Shown one piece after another: positions 1-7,846 of a DNA stretch of 64,000 nucleotides. The number at the start of each line of letters is the position of its first letter. Within the stretch, counting starts at the first letter, position 1. The stretch comes from an uncultured Bacteroidales bacterium (lineage in GTDB: Bacteria; Bacteroidota; Bacteroidia; Bacteroidales; UBA3663). The translations under genes were made by a program, and so were the position numbers. Location: assembly GCA_902770595.1 (NCBI GenBank), contig CACXTQ010000004.1:3445-67444 (forward strand). Reading direction: 5' to 3'. The notes under the pieces are model-generated. The model saw nothing but the letters and a program-made list of their open reading frames with translations, ran no database searches and was not told the DNA's origin.

Positions 1-24
1 CTGATTGACGCAAATCTGTAAGAT

Positions 25-156
25 AAGGTTCTGAAAGGTTCTGAATTGTTAAGAAAGGTTCGAAAGGTTGTTAATCCCTAAATCCTCTTCGAACCTTTCG
101 AACCCCTCAGAACCTTTCAGAACCTTTCGAACCCCTCAGAACCTTTCAGAACCCTT
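25..156. repeat. Composite word-repeat hairpin: a GAAAGGTTC-type arm (25-69) faces a GAACCTTTC-type arm (91-156). The right arm holds a 29-bp unit (91-119) repeated at 120-148.
   Basis: Read directly. GAAAGGTTCTGA on the left is the reverse complement of TCAGAACCTTTC on the right, and gaacctttcgaacccctcagaacctttca occurs twice in tandem. Confidence 0.8.
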
Positions 157-163
157 AACCATT

Positions 164-877
164 ATGCAAATCGAAATCTGTTTCTCTCCCAGCCTAATCC
201 AACTCTATGAGCACCGCGACAGCGTCGTGGTGGTGACCGACGTGTTCCGTGCCACCACAACCATCTGCACAGCCTTTGCCAACGGTGCATCCTATATCAT
301 TCCTGTTGCCACCGAGCAGGAAGCACTTGCCTATAAGTCCTTGGGACACCTTGTGGGTGCTGAGCAGGCTACTGAACGCTGTTCGTTCGCTGATTTCGGT
401 AACTCTCCTTCCGAATATTCCGTCGATAAGGTCAACGGCAAGTCCATCGTCTTTATGACTACCAATGGTACAAAGGCCATCAAGGGCGCTGCCGACTGCT
501 ATCAGCTGCTCATTGGTGCCTTCGTCAACCTGCGCGCCCTCACTGAACGCATTCTCTCCCTGGGTAAGGACGTGCTCATCGTCTGCTCGGGTGCCAATGG
601 CCGCATCTGTCTGGAGGACTCGCTCTTCGCCGGAGCCCTCACCAGCACGCTGCTTGCCGAAGATGGTGTGGAAGCAGCCAGCGATGGCGCACGCATGGCC
701 GTCGCCCTCTGGCATCAGGCGAACCGCGACTTCTCGAACATCCTCCTCCAGAGCGAGCATGCCCGCCGCCTCATCCAGCATGGCTTCCGCTCCGACATCA
801 ACTACTGCCTGCGTCGCAGCATCTTCGGTGTCGTCCCCGAACTCCAAGGCGACAAACTCATCGTCCGCAAAGAATAA
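164..877 (+). CDS. 2-phosphosulfolactate phosphatase (ComB) family protein
   Basis: ORF 68-877 (TTG start) trimmed to the first ATG at 164. The VVVTDVFRATTTI... N-terminus and length (~237 aa) fit the ComB family as I remember it. Confidence 0.7.
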   Translation: MQIEICFSPSLIQLYEHRDSVVVVTDVFRATTTICTAFANGASYIIPVATEQEALAYKSLGHLVGAEQATERCSFADFGNSPSEYSVDKVNGKSIVFMTTNGTKAIKGAADCYQLLIGAFVNLRALTERILSLGKDVLIVCSGANGRICLEDSLFAGALTSTLLAEDGVEAASDGARMAVALWHQANRDFSNILLQSEHARRLIQHGFRSDINYCLRRSIFGVVPELQGDKLIVRKE

Positions 878-884
878 GAAAACC

Positions 885-1727
885 ATGGCACAATTAGGAC
901 AATACAATACGCTGAAAGTGGCGAAGATCGTTGACTTCGGCCTGTACCTCGATGGAGGCGAAGGGGTCGAGATACTCATGCCCAAACGCTACATGCCGCA
1001 GGACGTCAAGGTGGGCGACGAATTGAAGGTCTTCGTCTATCAGGATGCCGAGGCACGCCTCATCGCCACCAACGAGCATCCCTACGCCACCGTGGGGCAG
1101 TTCGCCTATCTGAAAATCAACAGCGTGAACGCCGTCGGCGCTTTTGCCGACTGGGGCACGTCGAAGGAACTGCTCATCCCCCATCGCGAACAGGCTCAGA
1201 AGATGGAGGAAGGCCGCCGATACATTATTTATATATATATCGACCAACTGTCGGGCCGCATCGTAGGCACTGGCAAAATCGACAAGCATTTGGGCAACGT
1301 GCCACCCGCCTACGAGGAAGGTCAGGAAGTCGAAGCTCTCGTCTGGAAGCAAACGAACCTCGGCTACAAGGTCATCATCAACCACCAGCATGCCGGCCTG
1401 CTCTATCATAACCAGATCTTCCAGGAGATACGCATCGGTGAACGTCTGCGTGCCTGGGTCAAAGGCGTGCGCGAGGACGACAAGATCGACCTCAGCCTCC
1501 AGCCCATCGGCTATCGCCAGATGATTGACCCTGCCGAGGCTTCCATCCTCAAGGCACTGCATCGCCGCAACGGTTTCCTGCCGCTCACTGACCACTCCAC
1601 GCCCGAACTCATCGCCTCCGAGCTTCAGATGTCGAAGAAGACCTTCAAGAAGGCCATCGGTGCCCTCTACAAGCAGCAGCGCATCTCCCTGCTCGCCGAT
1701 GGCATCCAGCTGCTGGATGGAGAATAA
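885..1727 (+). CDS. S1-like RNA-binding protein, CvfB/YitL family
   Basis: In-frame ATG at 885 inside ORF 465-1727. MAQLGQYNTLKVAKIVDFGLYLDGG...ILMPKRYMP is the typical N-terminus of this family. The upstream part of the ORF is antisense-like low-complexity sequence. Confidence 0.75.
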   Translation: MAQLGQYNTLKVAKIVDFGLYLDGGEGVEILMPKRYMPQDVKVGDELKVFVYQDAEARLIATNEHPYATVGQFAYLKINSVNAVGAFADWGTSKELLIPHREQAQKMEEGRRYIIYIYIDQLSGRIVGTGKIDKHLGNVPPAYEEGQEVEALVWKQTNLGYKVIINHQHAGLLYHNQIFQEIRIGERLRAWVKGVREDDKIDLSLQPIGYRQMIDPAEASILKALHRRNGFLPLTDHSTPELIASELQMSKKTFKKAIGALYKQQRISLLADGIQLLDGE

Positions 1728-1732
1728 TTTAG

Positions 1733-1820
1733 TAGGTCACACAGATTTCACAGATGAACACAGATTATTGTATGTTGTATATAGAATAAAATCTGTATAA
1801 ATCTGTGAAATCTGTGTGAC
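1733..1820. repeat. CACAGATTT-word hairpin (left arm GGTCACACAGATTTCACAGAT, right arm ATCTGTGAAATCTGTGTGAC)
   Basis: The arms are reverse complements. The 25-mer TAGGTCACACAGATTTCACAGATGA at 1733-1757 recurs identically at 2222-2246. Confidence 0.85.
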
Positions 1821-1852
1821 AAATATATTGATAATGAATAACACAGATATTT

Positions 1853-2224
1853 ATGACTGACAACGAGATTACTTATCAAGTAAGAGGAGCCATTTTCGAT
1901 GTTTACAATGAGTTAGGACCTGGCTTATTGGAAAGCGTTTATGAAGAAGCGCTTGTATTTGAAATTCAGAAGAGAGGCATGAAAGTTGAGCGTCAGTTGG
2001 ATGTACCCATCATCTACAAGGGGAATGTACTCAAATCGCCTTTAAGAATAGATCTTCTTGTAGAAGATAGGATTGTTGTTGAATTGAAATCCGTGGAAGA
2101 AATGAGACCTTTGTTCTGGAAGCAAACACTCACGTATTTGAGACTCAAGAAACTCCATGTGGGTCTTTTGGTTAATTTCTCCTCGTCATGTATCAATGAA
2201 GTCATTTATCGCATAGTTAATTAG
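1853..2224 (+). CDS. GxxExxY family protein (small PD-(D/E)XK-like protein)
   Basis: 123 aa, contains GLLESVY (GxxExxY), with overall length and pattern typical of this multi-copy family. Confidence 0.85.
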   Translation: MTDNEITYQVRGAIFDVYNELGPGLLESVYEEALVFEIQKRGMKVERQLDVPIIYKGNVLKSPLRIDLLVEDRIVVELKSVEEMRPLFWKQTLTYLRLKKLHVGLLVNFSSSCINEVIYRIVN

Positions 2225-2306
2225 GTCACACAGATTTCACAGATGAGAGCAGATCATTGTATGTCGTAAAGTAAAAATCTGTGTAAATCTGTGAAATCTG
2301 TGTGAC
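2222..2306. repeat. Second copy of the CACAGATTT-word hairpin
   Basis: Near-identical to 1733-1820. It begins with the TAG stop codon of the GxxExxY ORF. Confidence 0.85.
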
Positions 2307-2339
2307 AATCAAAATACCCCAAAACACAGTTTATTTCAA

Positions 2340-2381
2340 GTCACAAAAAAAATCTGTGTAAATCTGTGGAATCTGTGTGAC
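2340..2381. repeat. Truncated third copy (right arm only) of the CACAGATTT-word hairpin
   Basis: aaaatctgtgtaaatctgtggaatctgtgtgac matches the right arms at 1788-1820 and 2274-2306. Only GTCACA is left of the left arm. Confidence 0.7.
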
Positions 2382-2440
2382 TTAAATATTCTCTGTGCGA
2401 AAAAAGCAGATGCAGAATCTGTGAGACAAAAGACCTGCCA

Positions 2441-3883
2441 TCAGTGAGGATATGCAAGGAAAGGCAAAGTGATATCGACAAGGTGCTTGTACCCTTCGAC
2501 ATTCGGATGCAGCTTGTCCTTTTGGTAGTAGGGGCCATAGTTGCTGTGCGTGAAGCCCGAGCGACGGAAGAGGTCGAGGTAAGGGATATCGTGCGCCTTG
2601 GCCCACTCGATCTGGGCATCGACGTAGTGGCGCAGGCCGATGCTGTCGGCGTAGAGCGTATCGTAGCCCGCTGCTCCCTTGTTGAAGATAGGGAGCGTGG
2701 TGAACAGAAGAATCTCGGCATCGGGGTTCTTCTGTTTCAGTTTCTGATAGCTGTAGTTCATTCCGCCCAGCATAGTCGTGAGCTTCGCGGTGTCGAAGCC
2801 GTCGGCCTCGGTGTAGTCGCTGAGCGTGCCGATGGTGGCGCGACCCTTCGAGAAGTCGTTGCTGGGCGACCAGAGCAGGTAGATGTCGTGCGGCTCATCG
2901 CGTCGGCAGCAGCGATCCACAGCATACTGCACGCCCCTCTCATGCGTCGCCACGCTGTAACCAGCCCCATTGATGCCGTGGCCGAATAACGTGAGCTGCA
3001 GCTTCTCCTGCCAATAGAACTTGCAGCTGTCCGACTCCTCAATGTTGCTGAACGAACCTCCGAAGATACCAAGGCTCTTGCCAAAGTTGGGCGAGAGGGT
3101 GTAGTACAGATCCGAATTGATGTCAATCAAATAACCTGAATATCGACTGATTGTACCCTGTTGTACGACAACATCGGTCACTGTCTTGGTAGCCAAAGCT
3201 TCATACTCTGCGTTATTTGCCCTCAAAAACAGGTTACCCACATTACCCGAAGACGGAACAAACGTAAGCAAATCGAAGTTTTGTGTCTTATGTTCCTCCG
3301 AAGTGATCTGTTGTGAAAGTTGTAACGTATTCCCTGTGCAGATTCCAGTCATCGTCGCAAGATCAAATCCATGACAAAGCCCTGAAGCCTGCAACTCGAT
3401 CGTAGCCACCTGCGGTGGCCATTTGTCGAGGACTTCGACCTTCACATCAGCCACAACCAAGGGGAGTATGATATTTTCTTCCAAAGAGGTTTTGCCCACA
3501 TCGATACTCATGCGGCAGGCCCAAACGCGACCAAGTCCTGTAGAATCATCATGCCATGTCAACTGTAGGTGCTCGGCATCAAATGATGACCATTTGTTCT
3601 CAGCGGCCACGAAATAGAATTCATGCACTCCAAAGGCCAACATCATCACGAAAGGATCAAACGAGGACTTCTCCACGCATTTTACTTCATTGCCGAATTT
3701 ATCAATAATCAATAGATGAGCAGGTTCTGAAAGTCCACGAGTGAACGGAATCTGCTCAAATTCATTCACAGACAACTGGAATCTCAGTTCAACCTCTGAT
3801 TCAATCATTTCATCAGTATGCTGTTGGCACGCTGAAAACAAAAACAAGAGCCCTAACAATGCAGTAGAATAACTTTTCACCAT
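2441..3883 (-). CDS. Lipoprotein with a fimbrillin-like N-terminal region fused to a C-terminal SGNH/GDSL-type hydrolase domain
   Basis: Lipobox LFLFSAC at the N-terminus. The C-terminal third (LWSPSNDF...LFTTLP...DKLHPN) resembles SGNH hydrolases. The N-terminal assignment is weak. Confidence 0.6.
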   Translation of the reverse strand: MVKSYSTALLGLLFLFSACQQHTDEMIESEVELRFQLSVNEFEQIPFTRGLSEPAHLLIIDKFGNEVKCVEKSSFDPFVMMLAFGVHEFYFVAAENKWSSFDAEHLQLTWHDDSTGLGRVWACRMSIDVGKTSLEENIILPLVVADVKVEVLDKWPPQVATIELQASGLCHGFDLATMTGICTGNTLQLSQQITSEEHKTQNFDLLTFVPSSGNVGNLFLRANNAEYEALATKTVTDVVVQQGTISRYSGYLIDINSDLYYTLSPNFGKSLGIFGGSFSNIEESDSCKFYWQEKLQLTLFGHGINGAGYSVATHERGVQYAVDRCCRRDEPHDIYLLWSPSNDFSKGRATIGTLSDYTEADGFDTAKLTTMLGGMNYSYQKLKQKNPDAEILLFTTLPIFNKGAAGYDTLYADSIGLRHYVDAQIEWAKAHDIPYLDLFRRSGFTHSNYGPYYQKDKLHPNVEGYKHLVDITLPFLAYPH

Positions 3884-3927
3884 CTTGTTTTGTGGTTTCA
3901 GAACTGCTCATCTAAATTATATAGTAC

Positions 3928-5409
3928 TTACAAAGTCTGCCATGCCGACCCATTCCATATTTCAGCATTTCCCGTAGAAATGTTGAAATAAACAAAACCA
4001 GCACCGACATAGTTACCCAAGCCCGAAGGCCGATTGGCTGTTGTTCCTCGTTTAATCCAATCGTATTCAACCAATATATCAGTAAAACAACCAGTTGCAT
4101 TGTAAGCTGTAATCAACTGATCAGAAAGAATCTGTTTGACTTCGGTGTGGCCCGAAATAGTTTTGTCTCTATCATAGCCTCTGTAATACACATTATGTAA
4201 ACGGACAGTATTCTTAGACCCATTTGAACAATTAATCTTTATCAGATTGCTCTCATTAAACCATCCGTTATTAGTAGTCCAACCTGTACAAACCCAATTT
4301 GAGATGTATAAACCATCGATTTCGACTTTATCACAGTTTAAGAAGAACAGAATTCTCTTATCATTAACCGAAGTCGTCATAAAAGGCATATTAAACCAAC
4401 AATTTTTAACAGTCATATTTGTACCGCCATCAAAATATATACCTTTTGCGGCCTCTTCTCCTGCACAATTAATCAATGAAAGGGAATTACACCACTTGAT
4501 ATAATAGATGTACCAATTACTACCACCATCAGTAACAGAACTATCTGGTTTCCAAGTGTCAGCACAACAATTCATTAAAGTGGAATAGGTCAAAGTTTCA
4601 AGGTAATAAGCATTCTGCTTGTAACTCTTTACGAAACAGTTAGCCATCGTAACCGAAGTTCCACCTTTGATCGAAAAACCTGTAAAAACGCCAGTCGCAG
4701 TACAACGCTCAATCTTAGACAGGAATGTATCCAAATAATAGCCAATGGAGCAACCTGTTGAAGCCAATCCCTCCAACACAAGTCTATAATGCTGCCCGTT
4801 TGTTGAGAATCCATAATCCATTACATTCTCTGTTCCATTCTTTACAGAAAAATTCCTAATAGTGACGAAATCACTCGCAATACTAACAATAGTATTCATT
4901 GTGGTATTTGTCGGACTTGCCAACAATTGAGGTTTGCCTGAATGATCATTAGATTGACGCGTTCCTTCGAACACCTTTCTGCTTGAGATAGAAAGAGTTG
5001 ATTTAATCAGGTACGTTTTATTCAACAAGATGACTCTCTCAATAGGAGAAGACAAAGCTTTTTGAATAGCAGTAGTATCATTCGTAGAACCATTGCCTAC
5101 TGCACCCCACCATTCAGCATAGCAACTGTCCACATTCCATGTGCCTGCTAAAGTAACGCCACTAAAGATTTGCCTTGGTGGTGATACTATAGTAGATCTA
5201 TTTCCTGTCAAAGTGTAGTTGCCAATGATTTTTCCCCCTTCGAAGATTATCATTGTGTTGGATGCCATAGTGACATTAGCGGTGAGCGTAATGTCAGAGT
5301 CAAGGTGATAGACACCACCCGATTGCTGAACTGCAGACAAAAAGTCTGCCAAAGTGCTTCTAACCTGTTCACTAACAAGCTGAGCAACCTCATTTGTGTT
5401 TTGTTCCAT
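3928..5409 (-). CDS. Right-handed beta-helix protein, pectate-lyase-3/tailspike-like, no signal peptide
   Basis: AEWWGAVGNGSTNDTTAIQKAL is the typical opening of the pectate_lyase_3 / phage tailspike fold. The C-terminus GTTANRP...YFNISTGNAEIWNGSAWQ resembles phage tail-fibre tips. The region is AT-rich. Confidence 0.6.
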   Translation of the reverse strand: MEQNTNEVAQLVSEQVRSTLADFLSAVQQSGGVYHLDSDITLTANVTMASNTMIIFEGGKIIGNYTLTGNRSTIVSPPRQIFSGVTLAGTWNVDSCYAEWWGAVGNGSTNDTTAIQKALSSPIERVILLNKTYLIKSTLSISSRKVFEGTRQSNDHSGKPQLLASPTNTTMNTIVSIASDFVTIRNFSVKNGTENVMDYGFSTNGQHYRLVLEGLASTGCSIGYYLDTFLSKIERCTATGVFTGFSIKGGTSVTMANCFVKSYKQNAYYLETLTYSTLMNCCADTWKPDSSVTDGGSNWYIYYIKWCNSLSLINCAGEEAAKGIYFDGGTNMTVKNCWFNMPFMTTSVNDKRILFFLNCDKVEIDGLYISNWVCTGWTTNNGWFNESNLIKINCSNGSKNTVRLHNVYYRGYDRDKTISGHTEVKQILSDQLITAYNATGCFTDILVEYDWIKRGTTANRPSGLGNYVGAGFVYFNISTGNAEIWNGSAWQTL

Positions 5410-5440
5410 AGTTATATATTTTTTGTTAAAAGTATTCAGT

Positions 5441-7840
5441 TCACCAAGGAACTGTAAGAATTTTCTTGCCTTTGTGAATCATTACCTGTCCCTCAGCAGG
5501 ATGCTGGAGTCGATGACCGAACAAGTCATAGAAGGAAGCATCATCGCAATCCTCAACAACGGCCTCCTCTATGCCAGCTCCAGGAGCAACTACAGGCAAA
5601 AGGGTCAGCGAGACGATATTGTTGCCCAGCAGATCCGGTCGTAAGGACATTTCGGGCTGATGAAAGGTGCGAGTCTCAAAGCCTCCATTGGAGTAACCGA
5701 CTACCAGCTGCCAATGGAAATTACTGCTGCCACTATTCACACGGAAAGCCCTTCCACTGAAACAATATCCATCGAAATTGCCCTCTGTCAAACCGATGTC
5801 GTTCACTCTTACCGGCACATTGTAAACCGAGCCATCATGATATGCCATCGTAGAGACCGTAAGCGGGATAACATTCCCCAAATTGAATCGCGAAGCAAGC
5901 TGCTGGCTCTGGATCAGCGGGCGCTGCCGACAGAATGGGATAAGCCGATTCTCGATACGATTGGCAAAATCCTGATAGGTGGCACCTTCGTTCATGAAGG
6001 CGAATGTCGCTTCGATCTCACCATCAATCGCTGCACGCATTTTGTTAATCATTGCAACTGTGACCGAGGGTTTGCAGAAATCCCCCAGATAGACCATCAT
6101 GCGGTCGATGAACGGGTTGCGGAACTCCGGCATATCGAACAGCCGCGCAAAAATGCGTCGGTGTTCGGGCTTTTCATCGTAATTGCTCTCACTTCCCGTC
6201 ATTGTGATGAAATTAAGCCAGTTCCAGTTGTCTCCTCCTCCGGCAAGATCGTCAAGGTCCTTCAGCAGAGGACGGAAAACCTTCTGGGTTTCGCTTCTGT
6301 CGTACCACAGATAGACGTTGGTATGAGCAAAGGTGCGATTGGAGGAATATGCCTCGCAGCAAAGATAATTGAGAAGCAGCGACATGTCGAAGTATCGGGC
6401 GAAGTCTTCATATCTGGAATACGGGTCATCTATCAGCTGACGAACATCGTCGTAGTCTGCCACACTGCTATAAAAAGCTTCGACTTCCGAAATGGAATCT
6501 TCCTCCAGACCCAGATTGTTCGATGCCCAAGTATTGTTGGCACGCTCACGAATGTCCATGATTCCATTGTACTTGCCGTCGATATAGACAATGCACGGCC
6601 GATAGTCGAGATACTGCAAGCTGTCGATATGATTGGCAAAAAGCAACTGTACAAAGGCGTCGTCAATACGTGAGTCGAGGCAGCGCGTGCCACTATTGCG
6701 AAGACAGAAAGTCTTGGTCTTCTTGACGAATGGCTTATGCGGGAAGAATGTCGAAGATTTGAAGCGTTTCTTCTGCCAACGCTTGTTGGTATAAAGGTTC
6801 ATCGCCTTCTGATTTCTTCGCAACGACCCTGCACCATGCATGCCCGCCTCGCCTATCTGATTGATGAGTGCCGTGTCAGGCTCCGATTGTTCGAAGAACT
6901 CGATGTTGAACGGGCGGCGCCAACCCTTGAAGCAATTGCCATCAAAATCATCGCCCACCATCATGCCTATCTCCTCGTCGTAAAGGTATCTGCTGTCGGT
7001 CGATAGCGAGAACACCGGCAGTTGCGTCGTGCGTGGATGGAAGATGTAGGAATGCGTAACAGGCAGGGAAGTCAGTGCGAAGTCAGAAATCAACCGGGCA
7101 CGGACCACCGTTGTTTTCGTTATCTGTATCCTACACGGTTCATCCTTGGCATAGCTTGCTGACACTTTGGTAGGAGCCGAGCCATCGAGGGTGACATACA
7201 GGCGCGTGTCGGAAGGAAGAGCGGCATCAGGAAACGCAATCGATAGTAAGAATGACTCGCCCACCGTGAGCAGTCGCCCTGCATGACTGAATATCGGATT
7301 AGGCAAGAGAAAGTCTGAGCCACGGCTTTCGTTCGGTTCGCCAGGCGTTGGCGTGACTTCAAATTGCCATTCGTCAGCCCCATCAGCCACTCGGCCCCAA
7401 GCGATATTGGGGGCAGGCATCTCTTCGTATGCCACACTATCGATCAATACGCCGTCCGCATTCCAAAGATAGAGGGCTCCCGCCTTGGTAGATTCTAACC
7501 GGAAGTCAGTGTGTTCCCATCCGTCATCCTTCTTGTCGCAATAGAAGAGGATATGCCCACCTGCAGGGAGTTCGCGAGTATGGTACAGTTTGTAAGCTTT
7601 GGCATAGTCGCTACTGGTGCCAATGCTCCAGCCTTTCATGTTGATTTTCTTTCCTGTAGTGTTATAGACTTCGAACCAGGAGTCGGGGAAATCCTTTCGA
7701 TAGAATAAGGCATCGATGTTGCTCTGCATCAGTTCGTTGATAATCACTTGATGCGTCTGGGCGACAAGAGATCCACCTGAACTGACGAGTAGCATCAGAC
7801 ATGCGACAATCAGACTTCTTTGAAATAATGCTCTTTCCAT
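5441..7840 (-). CDS. Secreted CotH kinase family protein with N-terminal lamin-tail domain (LTD) and T9SS CTD-like tail
   Basis: Signal peptide, then VIINELMQSN...WFEVYN (LTD), then a central CotH-like region (CLRNSGTRCLDSRIDDAF...). The C-terminus is FYDLFGHRL...GKKILTVPW. Confidence 0.75.
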   Translation of the reverse strand: MERALFQRSLIVACLMLLVSSGGSLVAQTHQVIINELMQSNIDALFYRKDFPDSWFEVYNTTGKKINMKGWSIGTSSDYAKAYKLYHTRELPAGGHILFYCDKKDDGWEHTDFRLESTKAGALYLWNADGVLIDSVAYEEMPAPNIAWGRVADGADEWQFEVTPTPGEPNESRGSDFLLPNPIFSHAGRLLTVGESFLLSIAFPDAALPSDTRLYVTLDGSAPTKVSASYAKDEPCRIQITKTTVVRARLISDFALTSLPVTHSYIFHPRTTQLPVFSLSTDSRYLYDEEIGMMVGDDFDGNCFKGWRRPFNIEFFEQSEPDTALINQIGEAGMHGAGSLRRNQKAMNLYTNKRWQKKRFKSSTFFPHKPFVKKTKTFCLRNSGTRCLDSRIDDAFVQLLFANHIDSLQYLDYRPCIVYIDGKYNGIMDIRERANNTWASNNLGLEEDSISEVEAFYSSVADYDDVRQLIDDPYSRYEDFARYFDMSLLLNYLCCEAYSSNRTFAHTNVYLWYDRSETQKVFRPLLKDLDDLAGGGDNWNWLNFITMTGSESNYDEKPEHRRIFARLFDMPEFRNPFIDRMMVYLGDFCKPSVTVAMINKMRAAIDGEIEATFAFMNEGATYQDFANRIENRLIPFCRQRPLIQSQQLASRFNLGNVIPLTVSTMAYHDGSVYNVPVRVNDIGLTEGNFDGYCFSGRAFRVNSGSSNFHWQLVVGYSNGGFETRTFHQPEMSLRPDLLGNNIVSLTLLPVVAPGAGIEEAVVEDCDDASFYDLFGHRLQHPAEGQVMIHKGKKILTVPW

Positions 7841-7846
7841 ATTCCC

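Noticed and set aside
68-163. N-terminal extensions offered by the ORF track (68-, 465-, 16835, 20411, 23386-, 26178, 33361-, 33472, 41634-, 43632-, 48808-, 55366-)
   Set aside because: The extensions start at TTG or at ATG codons upstream of the promoter boxes or inside neighbouring genes or repeats, and they encode low-complexity sequence. In each case an internal ATG yields the conserved N-terminus, signal peptide or lipobox of the family.
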